Source: a virus
Taxonomy: Duplodnaviria; Caudoviricetes
Virus record (IMG/VR): IMGVR_UViG_3300046787_000064
Coordinates: 1 to 38,455 of that record
Length of the DNA stretch: 38,455 nucleotides
Strand: one strand, 5' to 3'
In this document: one piece after another, positions 1-9,096 of the stretch
Layout of the letters: every line of letters begins with the position of its first letter
Numbering within the stretch: position 1 is the stretch's first letter
Translations under genes and position numbers: made by a program
The notes under the pieces: model-generated
Database searches by the model: none
What the model saw: only the letters and a program-made list of their open reading frames with translations
Told to the model about the DNA's origin: nothing

Positions 1-134
1 CGCAATGAGTGGCTCCATAAGGCTGATTTCGTCTAGGTCGCCGCCAGCAAGGAAGAAGTGCAAATCCTTGAGTCGCGGGTAGACAACGATCTCAGTGATG
101 ATGATGGACTCTTTACCTTCCCAACACTGAAAGT
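1..134. repeat. Terminal direct repeat, copy 1 (circular overlap with 38322-38455)
   Basis: 1-108 is identical to 38322-38429; 109-134 differs from the end copy at 5 positions. Confidence 0.95.
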
Positions 135-246
135 TGCCATTTGCAATACCTTCAGCGACATCATCAATCGTGTGTGTTCCTGCTGAGTATTCTAAAGCCG
201 CTTCGATGTGTTTGCGCAGCCTCCAAAATTCAGCCAAATCTTTCAT
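1..246 (-). CDS. 5' part of a gene spanning the circular join (continues 38321-38199; about 122 aa); GNAT-like virion assembly protein in the P22 gp14/T7 gp13 position
   Basis: ATG at 246 overlaps the nozzle stop (ATGA); MKDLAEFWRLRKHIEAALEYSAGTHT... reads in frame into LHFFLAGGDL...GCTRVSLAGRKGW; lies between nozzle and pilot genes. Confidence 0.75.
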   Translation of the reverse strand, partial: MKDLAEFWRLRKHIEAALEYSAGTHTIDDVAEGIANGNFQCWEGKESIIITEIVVYPRLKDLHFFLAGGDLDEISLMEPLIA

Positions 247-1721
247 CGCTTAGAACCAGCCTGACCTTCAAACCTAATGTTTCCAATGCGCCAGTCAGCA
301 CTTCTAGCGCCTTCAACGCGCACAGACACCTGACGACCATTGATGCGAACAGATGTTGGGTTTGCCATTGAATATGGGCCAAAACTGCGTTCTTCAGCAG
401 TTGGGTACAGACGTGAAGAAAATTTGACCTGAACATCACCCAAGGTGTTCTCGTCAGGGATGATCTTTGTGATGTTCATTAACGTCTCACCAGTGCCAAC
501 CTCAACTGGTCCAGATTCAGCAAAAGGCTGGTCCGTTGCTACATCAACCAAACCTGTCTCATGCTCATAGACATAGCCGTCAGTTGACACCATCAATGGG
601 TATGTAAACACACCACGGTCAGTGCCAGCAGTGCGTGTCATATTGCCAATTGCCCAATGACCTTCGCGGTAGTTATACGACACGTAGGCATCAATCTCAG
701 TAGCAGAACCGCTTGGATAGAACCACCAGATTTCGCCATAGGACGAGTTGTGAACCGCATAAATCTTTGATTCTTGAGCGCGGTTGATGTCGTTTAATAC
801 GAAGTCACCCACATCACAAGGCAATGGCTTGACTACACCGTCATATATCCAGAAGCCTGAGTTCGACATCCAGATGCAAGAGTTGTCGGTTGATGCAACA
901 GCTTGCTTAGAAATTACACCGCAGCCAGTGCCAACACGGTCAAACGAGTAAACGTATGGAGCGCCAATGTATGTGGCTGTGTGAACGTCAACGTCAGTAA
1001 ACAGCACAGTCAAACCACGGACGCGCTTTCCGCACATCAGTGAGCCGCTAGAAGTGATGTTGAAGTCACCGGCCTGATTGGTGGCAGAAGGAGTCCAATC
1101 TGTGTTGTCTTCTTGGTCACACCAAGAGACTTTACGCTTATCGCCACCAGCGCCAAGAGCAAAGATGAAGCGTTCAGCAGTCACCACAATGCCTGTATTC
1201 CCTGTTGGCGCATTGGTTACAACAGCAGCGTCAGAAGCAGTGTTTAACTGCCATTCGTAAATCTTGCCATCGGTATTAGCACAAGCCACAAGGTAAGCGC
1301 CCCAAGTGTCCAGACTCCAAGTCGTAGCCTGAGTTACCTCGCCAATGTCAGGCCGTGGCACACCGTAGTTATACAAGCCATAGCCAAGGTAGCCATAGCC
1401 CAACTTGGCTTCGCCACCAGCCTGTCCTGCTGTGTAGCCTGATGGGGTAATGTCGTACACGCTGCCAGTTTCACCCATGATGTAAAGATGAGTGTGCGTA
1501 CCAATGGCAATCCAACGATCATTGGAGTTGTCGCGCCATGTCAACAAACCCCTAGCAGAGCCAGAAACAGTATTGGTTGAACGCTTCTGCCAGCCGCCAA
1601 CAGGACGCATAGTGCCTTGATACCAGCGCACCAAGTTAGAGTCAAACCATCGACCAGATGATTGATATTCAGTGCCGTTACGGTAGACACCAGCAGGGAT
1701 TTTGAGTGGTACGAGTGCCAT
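243..1721 (-). CDS. Tail nozzle / DNA stabilization protein (P22 gp10-like)
   Basis: 492 aa from MALVPLKIPAG; Trp/Gly-rich beta-propeller-like segments (VSWCDQED..DW, GCGVIS, EIWWFYPS); synteny before ejection genes. Confidence 0.75.
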   Translation of the reverse strand: MALVPLKIPAGVYRNGTEYQSSGRWFDSNLVRWYQGTMRPVGGWQKRSTNTVSGSARGLLTWRDNSNDRWIAIGTHTHLYIMGETGSVYDITPSGYTAGQAGGEAKLGYGYLGYGLYNYGVPRPDIGEVTQATTWSLDTWGAYLVACANTDGKIYEWQLNTASDAAVVTNAPTGNTGIVVTAERFIFALGAGGDKRKVSWCDQEDNTDWTPSATNQAGDFNITSSGSLMCGKRVRGLTVLFTDVDVHTATYIGAPYVYSFDRVGTGCGVISKQAVASTDNSCIWMSNSGFWIYDGVVKPLPCDVGDFVLNDINRAQESKIYAVHNSSYGEIWWFYPSGSATEIDAYVSYNYREGHWAIGNMTRTAGTDRGVFTYPLMVSTDGYVYEHETGLVDVATDQPFAESGPVEVGTGETLMNITKIIPDENTLGDVQVKFSSRLYPTAEERSFGPYSMANPTSVRINGRQVSVRVEGARSADWRIGNIRFEGQAGSKR

Positions 1722-1731
1722 AAATTGCTCT

Positions 1732-2382
1732 TTACGGTGGTGTTGGTAGCGTGACAGGCAATGGTGCAACGTAGTTCACAGCAAGAACTGCTGACGGGAT
1801 GCCTGTATGTGGTGATGTTGCGGCTGTTGCTTCAAGGGTCAAACCAGTGGAGTCACCAGCCCAACGTAACTTAATGTAGGAATTGGCTTGAATGTCAATG
1901 CTGAAGTTCCAGTTAATTGACATATGCTGATCTGAACCAGATAACGTGTTTTGCCTCGATGTGTAGCCAATATCAGTGCCATCACGGTTAATCATCAGGT
2001 AAATCTGCTTGGCAGATGCGCTGTTTGACTTGGCTTGTCCAGAGAACTGGAAGTTGTAGATGCCACCAACTGTGCAAGTAATCTTGGTTGAGTCAACAAC
2101 ACTAACGGTATTGCTCAGGTAAGTTTCGTTGAAGGTTACATCGTACTTTGTGTTGGTTGCTGCCAATGTCTGGTCAGCAGTGCTGAAGAACAGACCGTTA
2201 GGCGCATCAATGAATTGAGCGCCTCCAGTACCAAACAAAGCACGAAGTGAGTTCGTGATCTTGGTGAAGAAGATGCGCAGACTTCCGTTTGTCTGGTTTG
2301 CCAGTTGACCGCTATACACAACACCAGCAACTGGAAGTTCTGGTGTTGGTGGCGTGGTTATCTGGTTTTGGAAGTTCTGCAT
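1732..2382 (-). CDS. Putative tail-associated protein with C1q/TNF-like beta-sandwich domain
   Basis: 216 aa; STKITCTVGGIYNFQFSGQ pattern typical of C1q-like jelly-rolls; adjacent to nozzle. Confidence 0.55.
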   Translation of the reverse strand: MQNFQNQITTPPTPELPVAGVVYSGQLANQTNGSLRIFFTKITNSLRALFGTGGAQFIDAPNGLFFSTADQTLAATNTKYDVTFNETYLSNTVSVVDSTKITCTVGGIYNFQFSGQAKSNSASAKQIYLMINRDGTDIGYTSRQNTLSGSDQHMSINWNFSIDIQANSYIKLRWAGDSTGLTLEATAATSPHTGIPSAVLAVNYVAPLPVTLPTPP

Positions 2383-2402
2383 GGCCTATATTTTCGCTGA
2401 AA

Positions 2403-3032
2403 TTAGCCCTGTAAAACCGCCAGTGCTTCAAGTGTATGTTTGACGCGATCTGCCAAACCTATGTCACCACCATTGATTTTCTTGGTTAATTGAATCCAAG
2501 TCTTACGGCCTTCGCCATCTAATGGCAAACCACTCTCAGCCAACTCATTGCAATTATGAGTTTGCCAAAACCATCCAGCACTAAGAATTGCATATTTTGG
2601 AGTTGCAACAAGCTGCGGCTCCATCACGAAGTCCACGCCAAGGGCTTTGCCACAATGGAAGTAGTTGCTATATCCAGTTAATTGGATTGCACCTCTGCCA
2701 AAAAAACGGCCACCATCGCCTGATGCTTCATCTCTGTTTCCCATACGATTGGCGTAAACCTTGTTTGCCAATGCTTTACCGTTACGAGCGTAAGGCTGTG
2801 CTGACTCCAATGTAGGGAAACGTTTAGGCCAAATCTTCATCAAACGATCTGCTGAATAGCTCAACCCTTCCTCAAACTTGGTGAAGTGAGCACATTCATG
2901 GCCCGCCTGACCAATGAAGGCAGCTTGCTTTGTAGGAGTATTTATTGCAAACCGTTCAAATGTTTCATTCAATGGGTCAAGAAACTTTGCATCAATGTGC
3001 AGCTTGGCTAGTTGTTCTGGTGTCATTTTCAT
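2403..3032 (-). CDS. Endolysin, glycoside hydrolase family 19
   Basis: AAFIGQAGHE, FFGRGAIQLTGYSNY, SAGWFW and TKKINGG..GLADR motifs. Confidence 0.9.
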   Translation of the reverse strand: MKMTPEQLAKLHIDAKFLDPLNETFERFAINTPTKQAAFIGQAGHECAHFTKFEEGLSYSADRLMKIWPKRFPTLESAQPYARNGKALANKVYANRMGNRDEASGDGGRFFGRGAIQLTGYSNYFHCGKALGVDFVMEPQLVATPKYAILSAGWFWQTHNCNELAESGLPLDGEGRKTWIQLTKKINGGDIGLADRVKHTLEALAVLQG

Positions 3033-3528
3033 CCCCGTGATGTGTAAAAAATTTATTTTCAGCTTCTTTTCTAGCTAAAACTGCATCATCAAAATTTTCA
3101 TGGTATCCAAGAGAATGTCTTTCCCCATTGATTCTGATGTAAGAAATCCATTTATTTCTAGACTTGTACCAAAATACTCCTTTAGCACCAGACTTGTTGT
3201 CTATACGTAAATTCGTATTTTGTCGATTTTGACCTGATGTAACTTCTCGCAAGTTGCATATCCTGTTATCACTTTTATTTCTGTTGATGTGATCTATCTG
3301 TTTTGATGGAAATGAACCATTCATGTAAAGCCAAACAAGTCTATGTGAGTAATATTGATTATTGTCAATTGAAATAATCACATATCCTAATTTCTTGTTT
3401 ACAGTTCCTGCAATAGTTCCTTCCTTGGCGTTGTGACTTACTGTAATTTTTCTCACAAACAACCCAGTTTGCTCGTCATACGAAAACAGCTCCTTCAAAC
3501 GCTCCTGCGTTAAAATTTCTTCAGCCAT
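2992..3528 (-). CDS. HNH homing endonuclease with C-terminal AP2-like DNA-binding domain
   Basis: LTQERLKELFSYD, HRLVWLYM, IDHINRNKSDNRICNLR, NKSGAKGVFW...W...I...LG motifs; visibly AT-rich; AAGGAG SD upstream. Confidence 0.9.
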   Translation of the reverse strand: MAEEILTQERLKELFSYDEQTGLFVRKITVSHNAKEGTIAGTVNKKLGYVIISIDNNQYYSHRLVWLYMNGSFPSKQIDHINRNKSDNRICNLREVTSGQNRQNTNLRIDNKSGAKGVFWYKSRNKWISYIRINGERHSLGYHENFDDAVLARKEAENKFFTHHGDENDTRTTSQAAH

Positions 3529-3549
3529 AGATGCTCCTTCATCGGTTGG

Positions 3550-3590
3550 TTAGAAAAGCCAAGTAGCTAGTAACTGCTTGGCTTTTTGCT
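3550..3590 (-). terminator. Terminator-like hairpin between spanin and HNH genes
   Basis: Minus strand AAAAGCCAAGCAG-ttactag-CTACTTGGCTTTT. Confidence 0.6.
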
Positions 3591-3593
3591 ATT

Positions 3594-4010
3594 TTATTGC
3601 AATGTCTTCCTTACGGCTTCGTAGCGGTCGATGCAGGAGTTCAATTCAATGATGGCTCTGTCGCCTTCTGCGACGAGCCTGATAAGGTCTTCAACAGTCT
3701 GTCCGTCAAGTTCGGCTCTCTCTTGACCATTCCCGCTGGCAGTGGTGGAACATCCACCCTTGGTGGTTGTGTTGACGAACAGCCTTGGACGACTAGCAAG
3801 AACGCCAGACAGCTTAGTTTCAAACTCTTGTTTAGTGGCTTCATCTTTAACATCCTGCTGTTCCTTTTGATGGTTCATCTCTGCGTTCTTCTGAGCAATC
3901 ACCAACTGGTCCTCTGTGTCTTTTAAGACATAGCCGACATGGTGACCGTAAAAGTATGCAGTGACCGCGACACTGATACTCCCAAGAATCATCCAAGGGT
4001 TTACCATCAT
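3594..4010 (-). CDS. Rz-like inner-membrane spanin
   Basis: N-terminal TM, coiled coil, AELD....DL..L..EGD..I..LN.C pattern; hosts a nested lipoprotein gene. Confidence 0.8.
   Translation of the reverse strand: MMVNPWMILGSISVAVTAYFYGHHVGYVLKDTEDQLVIAQKNAEMNHQKEQQDVKDEATKQEFETKLSGVLASRPRLFVNTTTKGGCSTTASGNGQERAELDGQTVEDLIRLVAEGDRAIIELNSCIDRYEAVRKTLQ
3641..3853 (-). CDS. Rz1-like outer-membrane spanin lipoprotein, embedded in Rz
   Basis: Out-of-frame nested ORF; basic N-terminus, hydrophobic core, lipobox VQG-C, Pro-rich mature part. Confidence 0.8.
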   Translation of the reverse strand: MLKMKPLNKSLKLSCLAFLLVVQGCSSTQPPRVDVPPLPAGMVKREPNLTDRLLKTLSGSSQKATEPSLN

Positions 4011-4504
4011 CGCTCCCCTGCTCTAGCCAAGGCAATTTCTTCTCGGACATCATCAGATTCCAGATGCTCTGGTGGAGTTGTTGGTGGTGGTGGCGCAACC
4101 CAAGTCTCATCTAATTCTGGATTCTTAAAGCCGCCAAAGTTGAAATCAAACATTCCCCCAGTTGGAGCCGTAGGCGCAGGGGAAGTGCTAGGCGCTACGG
4201 TTTGTGTCTTTGGGGGCAGTGGAGCCGCCATCTTCTCTGCTGCTGCTTGAACACCTTTACGGCTCATCACGCCGCCAATGCCGCCAACTACTAACAACAC
4301 AATGTCATTGAGCATCTTGGCAAAGGCTTGGTCCATTGGAGCCATTGACTTCAAAGGTTGAACCACAAAGGCCAAGCTGTAAAGCATAAAAGCAACGATG
4401 CCAGCCAAGATCAGCGTGACAACGATAACGACAAAACCCCAGATTCGGGTTTCAAATTCTTCAGCGGTCAGAGGACGCTGCGGATGCTGGTTGTTGTGCT
4501 GCAA
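4007..4504 (-). CDS. Two-TM membrane protein with Pro-rich tail (holin candidate); start uncertain
   Basis: Hydrophobic IWGFVVIVVTLILAGIVAFMLYSLAFVV and DIVLLVVGGIGGVM; within lysis cassette. Confidence 0.6.
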   Translation of the reverse strand: MQHNNQHPQRPLTAEEFETRIWGFVVIVVTLILAGIVAFMLYSLAFVVQPLKSMAPMDQAFAKMLNDIVLLVVGGIGGVMSRKGVQAAAEKMAAPLPPKTQTVAPSTSPAPTAPTGGMFDFNFGGFKNPELDETWVAPPPPTTPPEHLESDDVREEIALARAGER

Positions 4505-4682
4505 TTTGCTTCTCCAATACAGGTGCGACTAAGTAATCTGGGCAGTCTTGTGTGAATAGACAGTCAGGGCGTTGGCAGCGTTTTGCGCTGAAGTTTTGTG
4601 GGTCTTGGCAAAAGTACCTGTATCTATCCTCACAAGCCGCAAGGCTAGTCAGAATCAGTAGGGCCACGATTAATCTTTTCAC
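4461..4682 (-). CDS. Small Cys-rich lipoprotein
   Basis: GTG start, MKRLIVALLILTSLAA-C lipobox, four further cysteines. Confidence 0.7.
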   Translation of the reverse strand: MKRLIVALLILTSLAACEDRYRYFCQDPQNFSAKRCQRPDCLFTQDCPDYLVAPVLEKQIAAQQPASAASSDR

Positions 4683-4827
4683 GCTTTCTTTCCTTTTCTT
4701 CAAGTCGTAAGACAATGGCTTCTGCCTTCTTCAATTGCTTGTTCGTGTGCATTGCCAAGAATGACAAGGCCATGATGCAGAAGATAAGCAGAGTGACAAT
4801 GGCAACCCAAAACCAAAATTCCTTCAT
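4645..4827 (-). CDS. Small single-TM membrane protein
   Basis: MKEFWFWVAIVTLLIFCIMALSFL plus charged tail; ATGA-coupled to upstream gene. Confidence 0.6.
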   Translation of the reverse strand: MKEFWFWVAIVTLLIFCIMALSFLAMHTNKQLKKAEAIVLRLEEKERKREKINRGPTDSD

Positions 4828-5561
4828 AGAGTGAAATACATTCCAATCACTTGCAGAAACCCCATTGCTACTGCTATTGCGTAAGTCACTTTGGCGATCA
4901 GGATTTCTTTGCGGTGTTCTAGTCGCCATCTGTTGTCTCGATCTCGTTTAGCCTTCAACTCACGCGCAACTTCCTGCTCCTCCAAAATCTCGTCGTACTT
5001 GACTAGAAATTCCTTATACATTGACCCCAAACCCAAAGATTCAGGTGTCCCGTAAATCATGGCTTGTTTCAACTGAGAAGACAGTTGGTCCATTTGCCAC
5101 TGAATCTCAATCCTGTCAATCGCACTGTCGGCAACTTTATCTGTGGTCAAAGCCAGTTCATCCAGTTCTCGACAATGTGCTTTGAGATGCCTCATGGCCT
5201 CAAAGTAAACCTTCAAATTCTCACAAATCTCATGCACTGCACGAGCCTGAAACTCCTCGTAACTTAGCTCTGGTTCTGGCTCTGCTTTGGACTTTTTCGC
5301 GGATGGCTTGGCTGGCTCGATGGGGGAAACAACTTGCTTTTCAGGTACAGATTTAGCCGGTCCTGCGCCTCGAAAAAGTCCAGTAATCCATTCCCAGATT
5401 CCTGTGACTTCTTTGTAGATTGCTTTAGCATCTGCGATGCCGCCTTCGACTTGCTTCTTAAACTTACCAATTTCAGCCTTACCTTCACTGAGCATCTGAC
5501 AGCCAGCGCGGATAGCGCCAACTGCACTTTGCGCCATAAGAAGGAGACTGATTGGGTCCAC
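4824..5561 (-). CDS. Coiled-coil protein with C-terminal TM anchor, function unknown
   Basis: 245 aa, MDPISLL start, helical/charged body, terminal hydrophobic segment. Confidence 0.7.
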   Translation of the reverse strand: MDPISLLLMAQSAVGAIRAGCQMLSEGKAEIGKFKKQVEGGIADAKAIYKEVTGIWEWITGLFRGAGPAKSVPEKQVVSPIEPAKPSAKKSKAEPEPELSYEEFQARAVHEICENLKVYFEAMRHLKAHCRELDELALTTDKVADSAIDRIEIQWQMDQLSSQLKQAMIYGTPESLGLGSMYKEFLVKYDEILEEQEVARELKAKRDRDNRWRLEHRKEILIAKVTYAIAVAMGFLQVIGMYFTL

Positions 5562-5562
5562 A

Positions 5563-5784
5563 TTACTTGTCTGCTTTACCGTCTAACTTGTCAAAGATTT
5601 GCTTGAGCATTTCCTTAATGTCACGCGTATCAGCACGATAGTCATCTTTTTGCACATAGTCATGCGGCAAAGTTTTCATGTCGTCCTCAAGACGCTGAAT
5701 CTTGCGAGTCAGTCCATTAAGCGTATAGACAGCCAAGAAGCCAGCAACGCTGACCACCAAGTTGAATAGTTGCTGGTTGTCCAT
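5563..5784 (-). CDS. Small single-TM coiled-coil protein (holin/antiholin-like)
   Basis: [20 protein letters not shown]...YVQKDDYRAD...IFDKLDGKADK; TAATG-coupled. Confidence 0.65.
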   Translation of the reverse strand: MDNQQLFNLVVSVAGFLAVYTLNGLTRKIQRLEDDMKTLPHDYVQKDDYRADTRDIKEMLKQIFDKLDGKADK

Positions 5785-6407
5785 TACGCTGTCCGTTTCC
5801 AGACGTAGGCCACAACGTATGGTGGCAAATTGGCGTTGGTAGCAGATGAACCAGCGGAGGCAATTGTTGTTGTAATGTTGGCAGTACCACTGCCAGACGC
5901 TGCATAACCCCAATCAGAGTTAGTGTTCGCGTTACCTGTAAGACCATTATTGCCAAGACCGTAAGTCTTATATTGATGGGTGTGGCCTGAGTCGGTTGAT
6001 GTAGCTGTGTGAGTATGGCTGACAACGATTGCATCCTTGCTACCACCAGTTTCTCCAACAGTATCAAATGCAGTGTCGCCAGAGTCAAGACCAACAACCA
6101 CACGGCCAGTGATGGCCACCCAAGTACCAAAGCCAAGCAATGTTGCAGGGTTTGTTGATACTGAGATGTTGTTGTAGATTGAGCCAACTGGATAGAGCAA
6201 CTTGCCAATCTCAACCGCCAAAGCAGAAGCAGCACCAGCAGCAGTTGATGCGCCAGTTCCACCCTTAGACAACTTCAACACCGGACCGGCATCGAACAAA
6301 CCGTCAAGAGTATCAAAGTTGGTGTTGATCTTCGTACCCCAAGAGTCAGCGGATGCGCCGACTTCTGGTTTGGTTAACGATACGTTGGTGGTGGTGGTAT
6401 CTGCCAT
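5784..6407 (-). CDS. Tail fibre/collar-like structural protein
   Basis: [21 protein letters not shown]-terminus; YPVGSIY...[11 protein letters not shown]...GRVVVG...TGG...HTH...NLPPY..Y.WKRTA C-terminal domain. Confidence 0.75.
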   Translation of the reverse strand: MADTTTTNVSLTKPEVGASADSWGTKINTNFDTLDGLFDAGPVLKLSKGGTGASTAAGAASALAVEIGKLLYPVGSIYNNISVSTNPATLLGFGTWVAITGRVVVGLDSGDTAFDTVGETGGSKDAIVVSHTHTATSTDSGHTHQYKTYGLGNNGLTGNANTNSDWGYAASGSGTANITTTIASAGSSATNANLPPYVVAYVWKRTA

Positions 6408-6416
6408 TTTCTGCCT

Positions 6417-6941
6417 TTAGTGAATCCGAGTCCAAGTCTCAGATGTGTTTCCAATTGGTGTCCAAGTTGACGAACTATCAGAGATAGCAGTCCAACTTTC
6501 TGATGTGTCGCTGATGTTCGTCCATGACTCAGATGTGTCGCTGATTGCGTTCCACGTTTCTGGTGTGTCGTCCTCATTTTCCCACTTCTTGCGAGCATTT
6601 GCGTACACAACTGAAGTGCAATCAAATGTGATGACAACATCTGCGTAACGCAAAGCAGAAGAACTGAATGTGCTTTCACATTCAATCAATACAGAAGTTC
6701 TGTAAATAACGCTGGAAGATGCAGAGATCGCAGACTGAGCAGCAATCGTTGATGCGCCAAAGGTATATCTTGTGGCTGAAACGCTCAATACGCTGGCTGC
6801 TGCTACGGCAGCAGAACCAAACGTATACCTTGTTGCTGCGGCAGTTAAAGCACTAGAAGCAGCAATCGTGACTGATTCCGAGTAAACAGCACCCGCTGTA
6901 CTCGAAAAAGGTGCTGCTGAAAATGCTGTAATGCCAAACAT
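6417..6941 (-). CDS. Ser/Ala/Thr-rich structural protein with C-terminal 10-aa Trp repeats
   Basis: MFGITAFSAAPFS start; repeats ETWNAISDTS/ESWTNISDTS/ESWTAISDSS/STWTPIGNTS/ETWTR. Confidence 0.7.
   Translation of the reverse strand: MFGITAFSAAPFSSTAGAVYSESVTIAASSALTAAATRYTFGSAAVAAASVLSVSATRYTFGASTIAAQSAISASSSVIYRTSVLIECESTFSSSALRYADVVITFDCTSVVYANARKKWENEDDTPETWNAISDTSESWTNISDTSESWTAISDSSSTWTPIGNTSETWTRIH
6425..6575. repeat. Degenerate 30-bp tandem repeat, about 5 units, coding
   Basis: Recurrent tcca...tc(a/t)gatgtgtcgctgat-like units at 30-bp period. Confidence 0.75.
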
Positions 6942-6950
6942 GATGCGATT

Positions 6951-7121
6951 TTACTCGTCAGCAGGCTCAGGTGTATTACCTTCTTCCAGCCATTTCAAAT
7001 AGGCTTGGTAGTCTGTGTTGTTTTCATCAAAGAGAAAACTAACTTGTGGAGATACGCCAATACTCATAGCTGCGTTAGCAACAGTTTGTTCTGGTGTAGT
7101 TTTATAAAGTTTATAGCTCAT
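6951..7121 (-). CDS. Small tail-fibre-associated protein, 56 aa (not in ORF track)
   Basis: MSYKLYK...FDENNTDYQAYLKWLEEGNTPEPADE; ATGA-coupled to fibre gene; N.DYQ.YL.W...GNTP motif commonly follows phage fibre genes. Confidence 0.75.
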   Translation of the reverse strand: MSYKLYKTTPEQTVANAAMSIGVSPQVSFLFDENNTDYQAYLKWLEEGNTPEPADE

Positions 7122-8230
7122 AGTTCACACCCAGTAAATAAAATGTAAGCGCTCGCATTTTGCGATCTAACCATGGTTGCATCTCCTTGCGCTAGACCGC
7201 TACTTCCTGTACCGCCTAATAAAGCTCTTTTGGTAGACGCTACTGAAAAAGTCAAACCAGAAAAAAGGTTAGTGGCAGAAAAAGCACTGTTTACAGCACC
7301 AAAATGACTAGCGCTAGATATTGTTACTCCTGTTGGCTCTACTCTTGGCTGAACAACAAAGTCAAAGCCAAAATATGCGGCTGTTGTGCTGATACATAAG
7401 CCGTTACCTACGTCTTGGTTGCCGCTTCCTGTCGCTCGGTAAGCTGGCAGATACCGCTGACACAAAGCCAACTCAGTACCATACGGGCGGTAGTCAAAGC
7501 TCGTTGCTGTTGAGCCTTTTTCTAGTTGAACGCCTGTGATGTAGAAGGTGGCTCCAGCAGTTGAAATAATCTGTGTTTGTCCTGTTGCTCCAGAGTAATT
7601 AGCCGCTGCCCATGTTCCAGCAGTTCCAACTCTAGTTGACCCGTCAGCAATAGACCAAGTAATTCGGATACCAATGCCGTTTGTTGTAAGCCATGTTCCA
7701 CTTGTATCACCAGCAATTGTGATTGATTTTTGTTCCCAAGTGTTTGCAGAACTAATTGTGTAGCTAAACGGATAACTTCTATCTATTGCGTTGTTTCTTA
7801 ACGAGCCGCCAAAAGTGCCAGTAAGACTTGATTTGACCCAAAAGGATAGCGTAACAGTGGACGCACTTGCGGTTCCCCATGCTAAATCAGCACAGTTCAG
7901 TCCTTCAACTAACTGAGAAAAACCAGCATACTGCCCAGAGCCAACACTTGCATCAGCGTTTGTAATGGTAACTTTTGCAGAGTTTACAAAGCCCGCTGGC
8001 GCATCTGAAACCTGTTGTAACGAAAAGTCACCGTCAGTGCTATCGTAAGCCCAGAATCTATCCATCACATAGTTTTTAGCATCAGTTGTAATGGAAACAC
8101 TAGCCCCCGCATTACGCTGGTCAATCACCATCGCACCATTGATGATGCGGTTCTTGAAGCCCGTCCACGCGCTACCTAATACAGAATTGTCTGAGAAGGT
8201 GATCTTGTCACCGCTTACTTGGACGCTCAT
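7118..8230 (-). CDS. Tail fibre / carbohydrate-binding-like receptor-binding protein
   Basis: FKNRIINGAMVIDQRN, DRF, TLSFWVKS, GVQLEKGSTATSFDYRPYGTELALCQRY motifs. Confidence 0.75.
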   Translation of the reverse strand: MSVQVSGDKITFSDNSVLGSAWTGFKNRIINGAMVIDQRNAGASVSITTDAKNYVMDRFWAYDSTDGDFSLQQVSDAPAGFVNSAKVTITNADASVGSGQYAGFSQLVEGLNCADLAWGTASASTVTLSFWVKSSLTGTFGGSLRNNAIDRSYPFSYTISSANTWEQKSITIAGDTSGTWLTTNGIGIRITWSIADGSTRVGTAGTWAAANYSGATGQTQIISTAGATFYITGVQLEKGSTATSFDYRPYGTELALCQRYLPAYRATGSGNQDVGNGLCISTTAAYFGFDFVVQPRVEPTGVTISSASHFGAVNSAFSATNLFSGLTFSVASTKRALLGGTGSSGLAQGDATMVRSQNASAYILFTGCEL

Positions 8231-9096
8231 TGTTGTGTTCCTTCTAAGGCTGTAATACGCTGTGCCTGTGCGTCAACGATTGCTTTTAACTCTTGGATGG
8301 CTGCGGTCAGCGTGGCAACCAAGAAGCTGGTGTCGATGCCTTGGTACTTAGGATTACCATCAGCATCAACAGCATCTTTCTCACCTGTCACGCACTCAGG
8401 AACAACAGCTTGAAGTTCGTGAGCAATGAAGCCCTGACTAGCTTCACCATCAAGTTTCCAGTTGTATGTGCAAGGCTTTAGTTGAGCAACCTTATCCAAA
8501 GCACCTGTCATCGGTGCAATGTTTTCTTTCAAACGGTAGTCTGAAGATGTAACGTATGAAGTTGCAGACAACGATGTTTGGACAGAACCAACAATAGAAG
8601 CATTACGATAGAAAATAATTGAATAGTCTGTTGCGGCTGATGAGCGTGAATTGCTCACTGTCATCGGGTTTGCTGTTGTTGTGTCAGCCTCGACAACAAG
8701 TTTTGAAGAACCTAGCGCAGATGTGGTGTTTACCAGCAAGCGTCCGCTGGAGTCGATACGGGCGCGTTCTGTGCCGTTGGTAGAGAAAGACATTGGTACA
8801 GCGCCAGTTGCGTATAACCAATGCTGACCACTACCACTTACAAAATAAAAATCACCACCAGCATTACCACTCAACTTATATGCCGCATTATTACCATTAG
8901 TTACTTGAACACCATTAGTGTTGGAACCAAATCCAGAAAAAGAAGGGCTTGTAGTACCAACACCTACGTTACCTGAGCTATTGGCATAGACAATGGTTCC
9001 GTTATCAGCAGGAAGTGTAAGAGTCTTATCGGTGGCAGTTGATGCAGCATCTAATGTGATGCCACCACCAGCTGCTGTTAATAGTTTAGCTGCCAT
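8227..9096 (-). CDS. Tail fibre/spike with intramolecular chaperone (peptidase S74) domain
   Basis: GNVGVGTTSP, ERARIDSSG repeats; autocleavage motif TSSDYRLKENI; GFIAHELQ; terminal coiled coil. Confidence 0.85.
   Translation of the reverse strand: MAAKLLTAAGGGITLDAASTATDKTLTLPADNGTIVYANSSGNVGVGTTSPSFSGFGSNTNGVQVTNGNNAAYKLSGNAGGDFYFVSGSGQHWLYATGAVPMSFSTNGTERARIDSSGRLLVNTTSALGSSKLVVEADTTTANPMTVSNSRSSAATDYSIIFYRNASIVGSVQTSLSATSYVTSSDYRLKENIAPMTGALDKVAQLKPCTYNWKLDGEASQGFIAHELQAVVPECVTGEKDAVDADGNPKYQGIDTSFLVATLTAAIQELKAIVDAQAQRITALEGTQQ

Noticed and set aside
5717-6262. 181-aa same-strand alternative-frame ORF in the tail gene
   Set aside because: Leu/Val-rich shadow of Ala/Thr/Gly codons; no SD or motif
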